The position numbers were made by a program, and so were the translations under genes. Positions 22,001 to 33,373 of a stretch of DNA of 35,454 nucleotides are shown here, piece after piece; within the stretch, counting starts at the first letter, position 1, and every line of letters starts with the position of its first letter. Under the pieces are notes generated by a model. It made no database searches. It worked only from the letters and a program-made list of their open reading frames with translations, and was not told the DNA's origin. Source of the DNA: Macrostomum lignano (Eukaryota); contig NIVC01002756.1 in the NCBI GenBank assembly GCA_002269645.1, forward strand, positions 1 to 35,454, read 5' to 3'.

Positions 22001-25000
22001 GGCCTGCATTGGCTTCTAGAAATGTGCTTCTAAAAATACACGACTGTATAAGCGTCTTTGCGCGCACCATATTTTCTATTGATCTCACACAAAATACCCT
22101 TGTAAAAGGAGCTTCTTTTTCCATTGCACATAGTTTATCGTCACAATTGTCTCTTAGTTCTTCAAACTTTCTTTTCCTGGGCTCGACATCGATAACCGTG
22201 ATGTTCAGGCCACTGTTCGACTCGGATATTTGGGACAAGAAGTGAAGCAAAATTTCCACTTCGTTTAGATTTGCATTCCAAGAATCTACAGTCCCTCTAG
22301 CTCTTTGATTGAGTCGGCTGTCTTGACATCAACATTCCGACCAAAAGCACATATTAGGTCATCAAGCAAGCCATATGCATCGCCTTCCAAGCGATCAAAA
22401 ACGCATTCCAGTTCATGAAATTCTTTCAAACTGAAATTTTGGTCACGAATGCGGTTATTCAAGTCCACAATTCCTTCGATCGTAGCTTTAGAATTGTCTC
22501 GGGCGCTGGATTTTAAGTCTTCAGGACAATTTTTATTGAGAAGCCAGCCCCAGACATGCTTCATTGTAGCATTTCGCTTAGCATGCTACACGGAGACTGT
22601 TGGTCTTTTTCACGTCCAGCATTAAACTCTCGAGAGCTTTGAACAGTATTTTGAAGAATGGCCTAAAATTATGAATGCGTTGAAGGAGTACATGTAGTTC
22701 GTATTATTCATAGAGACCAAACGCAAAAAGTATACAAAATTAATGTTTAATGGTCGGAAACTACATTTGATTCATATCGATACATGGTACAATGTACAAC
22801 GCACTTACACGTAGCTTTTTATTTAGTGTGGTTATATAAATTATCATATCATAACTACACTGGGATGCTAAAATTATATCACTCATCTGGTAAAAATTTC
22901 ACAATAACCTTGTACATGTACGTAGCAAAAACCTGAGGTAACCTTTTGAGTAAAGCTATGAGATACTAATTGGTCAAATGCTTAGCGGTTGTGGAAAGAT
23001 CGAAAGTGAAAATTGAAACAATCCTTTTACTTAAAAACTTCAAAGGCAAGCGACATATAAGGGTGCATTGTGTGCATCACCCAGAGGGTCTTCAATAAAA
23101 TGTACTACTGCATTCTGCGACACGACTATGAACCGATGTATTCTGCCCACTGCTTAATTGAACACAATACGCATTGTATTTAACATGAATGCATTTACAG
23201 TTTACCTACACATTAGATATAACACATATCACGCATAACGTATAGCACAATAGATAAAACTCACCTTGACTGAAATTTTTCAATTAATTCTCGAACCTCG
23301 TCGCTTTTGAAGAAGCGCAAAATCTTAGCTTTGTCACTGTCATTCGAAAGTCGCTGCTCTAGAGACTCAAAAAACATGTCTGCTACTTCAGAAGTAGTTA
23401 CGTCGGCAACGTTAAAACGTATGAATTCAACTGATATGACCGATTTTGTCAGCATCGCTTGAGTAGACTCAAGTGCCACTTGAAGAAACCAATCAGTTGA
23501 ACGACAGGCTTCCAAAGTTTTTTCTGCAAATTTACACAAAGTTTCGCTACTGACCTTGTCATAGCGTGCGATTATTTTGTCGAAAATCTCTCGGATTTTA
23601 TCCTCATTGTCGGAGGAAACGAGTCTCATTTGAGTGAGAATCGTAGCAAAGAAAGGCTCTCCGCAAAGCACCTCTTGTGCCCAGTTTTTATCAGAATCAA
23701 GCGCTGTGAACAAAAGTTCCGTAGCGTACTCTGGATCCAGATATCCTTCCAAGTTGAGAATACCAAGCAGGCTCTCTTTTTCCGAAATTGATTGCAAATT
23801 TTTGCTTGGATTGTCGGAGATGTATTGAAGCACAGCTCTCCTGATTGCAGATATCTCGTCTTCTCCCAAGATTGATTGATCTTTTAACTTTTTTGCCAAC
23901 TCGTACACTTCATTTAATGGCTTGTTTTCACCTCGCTGCAGACTCTCCATCTGAGAGGTGAGAATTGAGATTGAGAGGAAATTTTTGGCCCAGATTGCGA
24001 AGCAAGTGTCGCAAAGTGGCTCGGATTGCAGTGCGCTGGTGCATTCTTCGGTACCTCTGTGCTCTTGAACTGCTTTTAGTAAATCTTTTAATTCACTGTT
24101 TTCACCATCATCGTTAAATCCGACACTCGCAGTCGCAAGGAGACTTTCAGCGTCTAATGATTTGTGTAGCTCAATTTGAATTATTGCCTTTACGAACTCA
24201 GACTTGGTCAATCTGCCTTTTTCGAAAATACCACAACTGGTAATTATTTGAACGAACTTTTTATGTCGACTTCCTTTACCGAGCCATTTTGCACCGAAGC
24301 AAAGACATAGAAACGAACCAGGTATCCTGTCGAGAAATTGAAAACATTTTCTGTCTTTTGAAAGTTTACTCTGAGAATTTAAAAAAATCATAAAGAGCTC
24401 CGCTACGAGCGGCTTCCAGAAGTTTTTGTTACCAGGATCAAATTTTTCCTGTATTGTCAATGCTACTCTGCAAAGGAAAAGTTCTCCGTAGTGCGTTAAG
24501 CTACTTTGCATATCGTAAGGAGGCACGAGCAAACAATAAGCAGTTTCTGCGAACTCTTTAGCGAAAGTAACCAACTGCTGTTTTACTTTTTCTTCTTTGG
24601 AAACTTCAATCAGCCATTTTTGCAGCATGTTTATGCAAAGCTGGTCGACAATGTCGGACGCTACAGTTCCGACGATTAAGGAAGAGGAGCTCCGGCTGTT
24701 CGCTAAGGCAACTGTATGGAAAGCGAATATTTTCCAAAAGCGCGTTGCCTTTTCCACAGTTCTGAAAATATCAGTTTCTAAAAATGCGTCAAAATACACT
24801 TTACGATCCATTTCTAGATGTCGATGTGTTTCTTCGATAATTTCCCGGTTTGTAGTCGCAGTGTTCTTTTTTTGAGTGCATCTGTTGATAGCCGCTATCA
24901 CGGTGTCGATGCATGAGAAGCAACAGGTGATCCTGTCCGACACTGCATGACCGTACTGTTTTGTCAATGCAATCACCGTTGGATACTGAGCAATGTCCAA

Positions 25001-28000
25001 TCGTTCAGAGCAGTTCACACGGTAGAAATATGTAACGGATCCCACCATAGAGCTCAAGATGAAAACTTTCCAAGTAGGCAGGGTATACAGCTCCGCGCCA
25101 GTAATTTTTTTATCTGCTGTCATTGCATTTTTATTTGCTTCTTTGTCAAATAAAACTAAAGACACCTTGATTTCCCGAGCAGAATATACACATTCTTTAA
25201 CTGCCTTCATAAAGTCAGCAATGTGTTCCGGTTTGACTGCGGACTTCAAACTTTCCATAAAAGACCCCACGATGTCTGCGATAAAGAGCCGAAACTCGAA
25301 GACTGTCTGTAAAGAAACAAAACGATTCGGGTTGAACCTTAAGATACATGGGAGTTTTCTAAATATAATTGTAGATAGATTACGGCAGGAACAATAGGTA
25401 TAGGTAGGATTTTGTCTCGCTTTCAGAACAGCGTTACAGACCCAGTGCTCATCTTTTGATATGTTGCGCCTTTCTTATAGCTTTATTGATATTTATAAAG
25501 CCTTTTCGTTTAGAAAACTAGGATTCTATGTTCATTCCTTTCTAACGTGCAATTCCTGTACTTTGGTTTCTTTCGTTTTTTGAATTTATTTCATCATCTC
25601 TGTTACAAATATTGTCACACAGTCAGCTAAGAATGACAAAATAGATTCATAAAACTAATGAGCTGAGCCGTGCCATTTTAATGGTTTTTAGGGACAGGAC
25701 ATTGCAATTATACGTAGATTCTGAGCGAAAAGCTTTATGAATATCAATAGAACTATAAGAAAGACACAAGATATCCAAAGATGAACATTGTCTCTACCTC
25801 CTATCGAAATTAATAACAATTTTTGTGCTGAAAAATGAAAACTTCCTATCTCCGTAGTGTATGCTTCTCCGTAGTGTATGCTCGGTGAAAAGTTCAAAGT
25901 TCAAAACATTTTCCATAGATTTCGAGTGTTGCGTCCTTTTACTTTACGCTCGTAGTAGTCCTTGTTTCGACTTTAAAAATCTGAATTCTTGCCTTCTGTG
26001 CTAAAATGTTGTGTTCAGTGACTAAGCAAAAATGTTCCTGAGAACCTGGTTTTATTTTATATTGCGATGAAATTAAACCTGATGTACTTTTACATATGGT
26101 TTTGAAAGTAGACAATGATTAATTTTTCACGAGAGTGGCTTCCTAACTTCCCAAATTACTAACTTCAGATAACTTCGCCACTCTTGAAAAATTAATCATT
26201 GTCCTACCTCCAAAACCATATGCACAATCTAACAATATTACAGAATTCAGCGGCTCCACCGACAGAGAACTTTCCAATTGATCAGAACAGCCATACTGCT
26301 AGGATTCTATAAAATTATTAAAAAATTTATGACTAAGTTTAGACTCGCTTATTATTTTATCTGATTTTCCATTCAACAGTCCCTCGCCAGCGTAATCTGC
26401 CTTTTTGACCAAGTGACCAATCACTTCACCCATCCCATCTCTCGTCCAATCTAATCAAATTTAATAACAGTGTGCTAAATTGGCCTCAAAGGTGTGTTAA
26501 ATAGACTGGTGCTTGGGGAAATTTTCTATGCAATGCACTTGTATAGTATGTTGTATCGTTGAATAATGGTCAGATCGAAGCACTCGTGTGCACTCGATCG
26601 TGCACTCGCACTCGTGTTTTGGCCATTATTTAACTCCGCAACCTACTATACAATCGATAATTTCCGAGGTAAAAAACCAACGCAAAAATTAGAAAGTGGA
26701 GTTCTTCCCACTCATTGACGCGCTCACACGCTCACACAGGGTGTACAGCGGCCCTGAAATTCTAATTGTCAGGCATGTACACTCTCTGTGTCTAGGGGTT
26801 GGACCTCACGGGTAAAACCTTGCAAAAAACCCAGATGAATGTGGCCGGGCACATAATCGAACCAGGGGTCGTGGTGCGAAGTCAGGTGTTTACCGCGGAG
26901 CTAGTATGCCCCTTGTGTGATTCTATACTTATCCCAAACTTATGCAAACTTATCTATACTTATGCAAACTTATCTATACTTATGCAAACTTATCTATACT
27001 TATGCAAACTTATCTATACTTATGCACTGTGCTACAGTAGATATTCAAAGTAAATTAGAAAAAATGAAAATTAGAATTTACGGTACTTACAAATTCACTT
27101 TTAGCTTGATCCGGCAATTTCAGATACTCAGCTTGGGAGATACAGGGTTTCTTCTGAGCCGTTGAAGATACCGCAAGCTGAAATGAATGTAATATGAGTC
27201 CGGTTAATTGGTATCTGGGGGAGCAAAATAGTAGATGGTGTAAAAGGTCTTTTGACAGTTAAGTACAGTATACAGGTATGAGTTCTTTTAAATAAAACAC
27301 AACAATGTATACTCAGCAACATTGAAAATTCGCCACTTTATGTGCCAGTGAGCAATTTCTCTTAGATTATTCTGAAACAAAAGATACAAGAAAACTGATC
27401 GGGGTAGCTTTAATCCGTCCAACCCTCGCACACCGCTCCCTCCACTTCATTGCTCAAATACTTTGTAGCTAAGTTGCGTCACTCGCAAAGATTGAGAGAC
27501 TTTACCTGCTCTCAAAAGTGGCGACTACAGACGGAATCTTCTGTGATGGCGACTTTTCGATGTTGTTGAGTATATATTATTTTGTCTAATAACTATGACA
27601 TATTCTAGTTTTTTATAGCTGCTTGCTTTTAAGTTAATGTGTATCAAAGTTAAGAATTTCTTGACAATTACAGACCTCATTAAGTCAAGGCTTCTTTTGC
27701 AATGTAAATTTTAGTAATGAGTGCAAAAAATTCCTACGAAAATATTCTGTATTTTAACTATGTCTACAATAAAGTAAATTTAGAATTTCAAAGAAACATG
27801 AATTGCATATTTTGTAGGATATTTTGCACTCAGCAGTCTAATTCAAGGCAGGTAACAGCATCAGTCGCCTGTTTGAGGCCAACTAAGCTTAGTATTATCT
27901 ACAGTTGGGTCCGTGGAAAGGGTCCAAATTTCCGCGGAACGGCCGCAGAATTCCGTGGAAAACTATGTGAAATGCGCTCCTATTGGCTGGGCCAATGGGC

Positions 28001-29800
28001 AGGAATGGCCCGGGAATCCATATTCCTCATTGACTATGCTACTTTTTCCTTTACAGTAGCTAACAAAATATGAACGAGATTTAAAGTCATACATGCAATT
28101 TATAGTTATCGTCGGTATAGTTTCGAGTGCTTCGAGTAGTCTTTGATTAATTTTTTTAACATTTCAGGGCCATCACGTCACCGAAATTCTACAGTAGCTT
28201 TGGATTCCGTTTGCTAAACCTTTCTACTTCGTAATACAGTCAGTTCAGTTCAGTTCAGTTAAAGAGTGGTGAAGTGTTTTCTTGTGAAGTGTAGCAATAG
28301 CAGTTAGAGCTAGGGCCGAGTGAGTTTTGCTCAGCTTCCATTCTTTACTAGGCTGCACGCTCAGACAAGGAGTTCTATAATTAGCATCTGAAGTGGAAAC
28401 AAGTTTTTTGTTATACTTTTACCTCTCCTGTATTTCTCTTTCCACCCCAGATGCCAATTATAAACTCTTTGCTCAGCCCTGTATAGATACCGTTAACACA
28501 CTACACACATGCACAATACGCGCTATATGGCTAGAGTTGGCCTGTCAACTAAGAATGCTATTAACAATAGAATTAAGCGAACTGAATTCAAGAACCTTTT
28601 CTCGTGGCCCAATCTCGCCAGACGTACTCTTGGTGGAAATGGCACTTGACAACTTTGCATTAGGCTTCTTAGCCTCTACTTCGTTAGGTCGCACGGCTTC
28701 TTCTTGTACTTGCCTGAAATTGTTAAACAGTGACCGGGACCCAGTTATACTGTGTGGATACAGAAAGTATGCAGGCAAGTTTTGTTTGCGCAATTCATCA
28801 ACTTACGGAGTATTTTGCAAATTCAGTTGTTGGGCTTCTAAAAATTGCTTTCTTTCGAAAGCTACTTCAAACTGTATCTGATTGTTTGGTCGGAATTTAG
28901 CGATAACGGCGTAAAAATTCCCCGATTTTTTCGAAGCCGAATCTCTCAGTTCATCTAAAACTCGTGCGGAGTTAGCCTGAATTCGAATGGCAATGCAAGA
29001 AAATCCTTGCAACTTGCAAAGAAACTTGCTTGTCTCAGGGCTATGTAAATCCGATTCAAACTTTCTGAACTGGCTCGGCTCGATCCGACTGATTTTGCAG
29101 CCAGCTGGGAGGGCATCGTTCAACTGCGACTTGTGACTGTTTATCGACGCATGGAAACTAGTCAACTCACGAGTTGATGGTGACTGAACATTCGTTTGTC
29201 CCGGGACGTATGGAACTAAAAAATAGGAGCAGATCGATGCAATCGTGAACAGAACTGGTTGTAAAGTGTAACATACGAGTATTACATGTAAATTAAGAAC
29301 TGAGCAAATAAAAATTTTTCGTTGCATGCACATCCATCTATATCTAGATGCACAAAATTCCGTCTAGTATTGTATATCTAGTATTACATACATGTATGTA
29401 CATGTAGCCATAGTTGCTGAGATACTCGTAGCTAACGCGAACTCTGCTAGTTAAGTTAGAACATCTCGATTTACTTGAGTGACTTATTGTCAGTGAACGC
29501 GTATACAAGCGTATTTATATATAAGCCGGAATTATTAAACAAGCCAGATGAACACCAGTAACCGCGAGGACGAGCGATAACGTACAGTACATAAAATTCA
29601 AGCAAAAATCAAATGGCCTAAATATGCTCTCGCGCAAGCCCCCCACCTTCCATGTAAGTAGTTAATCTAGTCTAGCTCAGTGGCCACTTTGCCACACTGC
29701 TAAGTTAAATTTTTAAGATTTATGTCAAAATACACAACGTACCAACGTTTACTCGTAGATCCACATACGACGGATTCACCTGGCTTGCTTCAGCAGCCAT
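10027..29800 (-). CDS. RNF213: RNF213/mysterin-like giant AAA+ ATPase (~4,690 aa). Manual model: join(complement 29800..29743, 29215..28807, 28749..28596, 27177..27091, 25306..23265, 22662..14767, 14712..11718, 10563..10183, 10083..10027)
   Basis: RNF213-family motifs in order: SSDRPSVGKS, IGETGCGKT (~18783-18806), LVFLDEVNT, NLRFIVACNPY, GKPGCSKSL (~17811-17834), VLIDEIGLAE..FNPLKVLHGLLE, VGVSNWALDPAKMNR, GLRDYY, YGSLYDMLNQNY...YCRVAMG...VHENFRCIV, PPFLNRFEKQ, WSLYCVEEL, and C-terminal DWDLLTSLISRKLLAAGR. All nine exons join through GT-AG introns with matching phases (14079 nt in total). The core is secure. The four 5' exons, and possible extra exons in 25.4-28.6 kb, are less certain. Confidence 0.85.
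10183..10563 (-). CDS. RNF213-like gene, penultimate exon
   Basis: Acceptor TTTTCAG at 10564, phase 0, matches the CAG|GTGATT donor at 11717. Encodes LRSACVRRLL, similar to the family C-terminus. Confidence 0.75.
11262..11556. mobile_element. hAT-type MITE, 295 bp, intronic
   Basis: TIRs CAGGGTCGGATTTAG / CTAGATCCGCCACTG, perfect 8-bp TSD ATGATAAG (11254-11261, 11557-11564), internal TTTTTGCGCCCC tandem subrepeats. Confidence 0.9.
11718..14712 (-). CDS. RNF213-like gene, 3.0 kb exon (E3-region and C-terminal domain)
   Basis: Corresponds to the 1004-aa ORF. In frame with the upstream ORF across a 54-nt GT-AG intron. Contains the Cys cluster and the RNF213 CTD-like motifs. Confidence 0.85.
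14767..22662 (-). CDS. RNF213-like gene, 7.9 kb exon carrying the whole AAA+ core; disrupted near its 5' end by apparent 1-nt deletions
   Basis: Combines the 2511-aa and 92-aa ORFs. Acceptor AATTTTAG at 22663 is phase 2 and matches the AG|GTGAGT donor at 23264. Walker A/B motifs are intact. Confidence 0.9.
23265..25306 (-). CDS. RNF213-like gene, 2.0 kb exon (N-arm/stalk region)
   Basis: 669-aa ORF bounded by a strong acceptor (TTTTGTTTCTTTACAG at 25307) and donor (AG|GTGAGT at 23264). Predicted helical, with no catalytic motif. Confidence 0.8.
26093..26222. repeat. 130-bp hairpin (MITE-like) in an intron
   Basis: CATATGGTTTTGAAAGTAGACAATGATTAATTTTTCACGAGAGTGGC (26093-26139) pairs with GCCACTCTTGAAAAATTAATCATTGTCCTACCTCCAAAACCATATG (26177-26222). 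Confidence 0.85.
26720..26912 (-). mobile_element. tRNA-derived SINE-like element
   Basis: Minus strand begins GGGGCATACTAGCTCCGCGGTAAAC (A-box-like) and has the B-box GGTTCGATT at 26863-26855 at tRNA-like spacing. The cloverleaf is imperfect. Ends in a short GTGTGAGC repeat tail. Confidence 0.5.
26923..27026. repeat. 20-bp tandem repeat
   Basis: TATGCAAACTTATCTATACT x4 perfect (26941-27020) plus partial flanking units. Confidence 0.95.
27091..27177 (-). CDS. Predicted internal exon (LAVSSTAQKKPCISQAEYLKLPDQAKSEF)
   Basis: 87 nt, open frame, acceptor CATTCATTTCAG, donor GTAAGT, phase 0/0. Confidence 0.6.
28596..28749 (-). CDS. Predicted exon 3 of the RNF213-like gene (low-complexity linker)
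   Basis: Follows a 57-nt GTAAGT...CACACAG intron (28806-28750) in matching phase 2. The 3' donor (AAG|GTTCTT) is weak and uncertain. Confidence 0.55.
28807..29215 (-). CDS. Predicted exon 2 of the RNF213-like gene (unrecognised ~136-aa segment)
   Basis: Acceptor CCTATTTTTTAG at 29216, donor GTAAGT at 28806, open frame (part of the 176-aa ORF). Confidence 0.6.
29743..29800 (-). CDS. Predicted first coding exon (MAAEASQVNPSYVDLRVNV)
   Basis: ATG in ACCGTAATGG context. The G|GTACGT donor is phase 1 and matches the exon 2 acceptor. Confidence 0.5.
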
Positions 29801-31208
29801 TACGGTGGTTGAGATGAGCAAGACTGCAGATGCACAGCCTCGCTAGCTCAATTTTGACTACTGCTAATGCGTTTCACTTATGAATTTTATCAGAGCTAAA
29901 GATTTCCCAAAACAAAAATCACTGAAACTATATACGCTTTAAAGCAGAGCAGGCTTTTATACACGCATTTAAAACCGAAAACCGAAAACGCAAATTGAAT
30001 TTATTTCACAAAAAAGTTTCAGCTATGTTTGCTTTGATAAACGATTAGCTTTATTTATTAAAAGCATGGTTGTACACGAAAACATATTCAATTCTTAGAT
30101 CTGCGATCGTTTCTAGTACATGTAATTTGTTAATTATAACTACCAAACCCGGAAATAGTGTTTCACATATACTTGTTTATTAGTATTTGAGGCAAGCTGA
30201 GTCAAACGTGTGCATTCACATAAAGAGGCAGTTTGACGCGAAATCATGCCCAGTTTTTCTTGGACAATAACAGTTCTCTTGCATAAAAATATTTTAGTCA
30301 ATACAGTCTGAATACATTATATACCTATAAGTAAAACAAACAGAAACGAAATTGAAAAAGATTTTGAAGAAAACGGACACTCATATCTTCTGATTGGAAT
30401 AAAGCTAAAATTAAATTAGCAAAATTAATTGTCATTTGTACTTATCCTATTAGACTTCAAAGAGTTTTGAATAAAATATAGAACCTGGCCGATTTATAAC
30501 TATATGTAAAACATAGGTTGAGAAAAGCTGTCTACATATGTAAATTTTTTATTTGATGTGAGGGCAACCCTCATTAGAAAAGTTAACAGAACTTTCAGTT
30601 CACTCTCGCAGCTGTAGTTGAAGTCAAGCGTAGAAAAAAACAGTTGTTAAGCATTGCAGATCTGCAAGAAATGCCTCTAAATGAAAAAAATATTGTTTTA
30701 GCAATAAACTCGTAGTTAGTATCACAACAAGTTAACAACTTTTTTATTAATGGATCAAAACGCGAGACAAAAATCACAACTTTTAGACATTACACAAGTA
30801 TATTTCTACTACTAAAATATATTTATGCATCTACTAAGGGAAACAATCAAATTAATTTTTTACACACACGAGCGAACTCACAATCAAAAGTATCGAAGTA
30901 CGAGCTATCAAAAGCAATGCGGCTTCGATCTGGTCCAGGTTGTACTCACGCTTTGCTTCTAATATCACCTATAGCTAGTTTGTTGGCGGATCAACAATAT
31001 TGTCATTTTCTCCGTGTAACCAGTACGTTTTCTGGAGACCCTTGCCCTGAAATTGTTATGAAACACATTGTTTAGCCAATTGGCGGTGAATTTATCATGT
31101 TGCCAGCTACTACAAGACCTAGCAGAAAGCAGAAAGCAATTTGAGCTGCGTTTAAATTGGTCTGCCCAAGAATAGCTTCTAGCTCGTACAAGATCGAGAA
31201 ATTGAGAC

Positions 31209-32272
31209 ATGGCACATAGAGGCCATGTCCAAACTTATTCCAAAATCAGCTTGGTAGACCGTGAGAGAATCGTGAACCAAAACGGTTACGACTGGAAAAC
31301 CCTTGGTCGGATGCAGGGATTCGCTAAGCAGTCGGTGAGAAACATTGTTGCCACGTATGTGGAGACGGGACGAACTGAAACTCTGCCGAAGGAAGAAGTG
31401 AAGAAAAGGAAGAAGCTTATGCAGCCAGTGATGGACAGATTGATCGAGAGTTTATGTCCAGCTACCCAGCTGCAACACTGGCGCAGATGAATTCGCACCT
31501 ACAGCAAGACAAGAATGAGAAACTGAACATCAGCTGCAGCGCCATCAGTTGCGCTCTGGATGGCCAGTTGATAACCCCTGAAGCTTTTGCGTCAGGTTCC
31601 CATTGAGTGGAACACGCCGGTGACAAAGGAGGCTCGCCTATTGCATGTGCGGTGGTCATTACGACGTAGATGAGGGCAGCCAGGAGCACCTTCTGTTCAT
31701 GGACGACTTTGGAGTGAACCTCTGGACAGCTCTCGGACGCCTCTCGGAGCGGGGCAATGTGACCAGAACCTCACCATCTGCCTGGCCATTTCACAGAAAC
31801 TAGGGCTTTTGCATTTCTCGGTAATCGAAGGCAGATTCAAGAATGAAAACTTTCTAGGATGATCGTCTCTGAAGTTGACGAGCTGGTGGATCCACCATTC
31901 GCGCTTCTCTCTGATGGTGCTCGTGCACACTCAAATGCGCCAGGGATGCACGCCGGCCACCACCACAGATTTTCTCCCAACCTACTCGTCCTTCCTCATC
32001 TGAACCCGGCAGAGATGGCAGGTGGTGCGTTCAAGGCCGACCTGAAGATACGGCTGAATGTAAACGGCATTCAGGTCCAGGTGACAGACAGGCAAAAGGC
32101 TGCAGCGCAAGGCATCACACTGCATCAGCATAGGATGCGCACTCCGAAGCGTGAGGTTCAGTTGGCGATGAGCAGCATGACGGCGGCGAAGCGTCTGCAG
32201 TGGGTGAACTACACACAGACGTACGTTCAGCGCTGCCTAAATCTGGACGACATTCACTTTCAAGAGTTGTAG
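31209..32272 (+). mobile_element. Degenerate IS630/Tc1/mariner-superfamily DDE transposase (multiple frameshifts and stops)
   Basis: Pieces across frames: HTH-like N-terminus, YPAATLAQM, ISCSAISCALDGQLITLKLLR..P.EWN, LFMDDFGVNLWT (first D), RGNVT..LAIS..LGLL, LLSDGARAH (second D), LPTYS..LNPAE (E), and GITLHQHR...RCLNLDDI. TIRs were not confidently located. Confidence 0.85.
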
Positions 32273-33106
32273 CAAATCATGAACATTGATACTGACACCG
32301 ATTTGCTGTGATTCGACTGTTTTGTTTATGTGGTTTTTGTTTGACAGCGTTATGACAGTGTATTGCTCGTGGTGCATCTTCAGTTAGCTCAAGAAGAATG
32401 CAGTTTAGACAAAATTGCATGGTTTCTGGTTTTCTGCACATGTTTATGGCAAACCATGTCTTTCGGCTTGGCTCGTTTCCACTGCGTGTGTCGCTTCAAA
32501 TAGAACGCAAAAAGGCATCTTTTCTAAATGCACCGCATGCATGCACAATTTTGTACAAATAGCTAAATGTGCATACCCTCGTAAAATTATTGCTAAATAT
32601 CTGTATAATACAGATACAGATATGTAAAATATTTTTTATACGAGCACTTCCATAATAAAACTCGAAAGGTTCGTCTGCAGCTTGATGCAGCTATATCTAA
32701 TGTAAGTTAAAATTATTTATCTGAGTGAATTGATATTTAGTTTATATTGCTTATTTTTTATCTACCAATACGCTAATTGAATATGTCTATCAATATCAAT
32801 AAAATTGATGTTGTTTGTTTTTGTAGGTTCGTTTCGGTAAGCGCTGGTTTGTTTCGAAAGACCTGTAAAAACGTGAATAAGTTGATGTGATTTTGTCGAA
32901 TTTCTATGCTACCAGGGAAATGCAATGGTAAGAGTGTATTGAATCTTACATCTAATTCAAATGGAAAAAATAGATCTAATATGCTCAGATATTCTTGCTG
33001 TAGTAGTAATTCACTTTCTCTGAATAACTATTGCAATAAAATGCACAGAGGGCCGAGGACCACATTTCAAGAACTCTAAATGCTTTGCAAATTTTTCCGC
33101 ACTAAC

Positions 33107-33297
33107 CTTCATCTCAACTTCGCCGCGTTCAGTTGTCACAAAACCGCCGATCTCTTCTAGAATGGCGTACGTCAACGAGCTAATGTGAATTTTTAGCGGC
33201 AGGCCGTTGCTTTCCATCCGGGAGGCCGTGTTCACCGTGTCGCCGAATAGGCAGTATCGAGGCATCTTTAAGCCGACGACTCCGGCGCAAACGGGAC
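33107..33297 (-). CDS. Receptor-type guanylyl cyclase, catalytic-domain exon
   Basis: [40 protein letters not shown]...TERGEVEMK. Acceptor CACTTAG is phase 1, donor AAG|GTTAGT. The Cys in RYCLFGD indicates GTP specificity. Confidence 0.95.
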
Positions 33298-33373
33298 CTA
33301 AGTGGGTCAGTGGCATGAGCTACAGCTTGTACATATAATAAGAATTATGGCATTTCAATATGATGACGTAACT

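Noticed and set aside
10138-25270. Four or five separate genes or a prokaryotic operon, as the ORF track suggests
   Set aside because: The ORFs join through canonical phase-matched splice sites and together follow the domain order of one RNF213-like protein.
11729-25397. Many short + strand and alternative-frame ORFs overlapping the large exons
   Set aside because: Expected shadow ORFs of long coding exons; none has a recognisable motif.
25860-26475. Additional RNF213-like exons in 25.9-26.5 kb
   Set aside because: Exon-like stretches exist (e.g. MGEVIGHLVKKADYAGEGLL) but contain stops or phase conflicts, or overlap the hairpin, so I could not support them.
26799-27165. Two ORFs with repeated TYANLSILMQ / CKLIY peptides
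   Set aside because: Artefact of the 20-bp tandem repeat.
30690-32612. Terminal inverted repeats for the transposase relic
   Set aside because: Only an 11-nt match (TTTAGCAATAA) was found in AT-rich DNA, which is insufficient.
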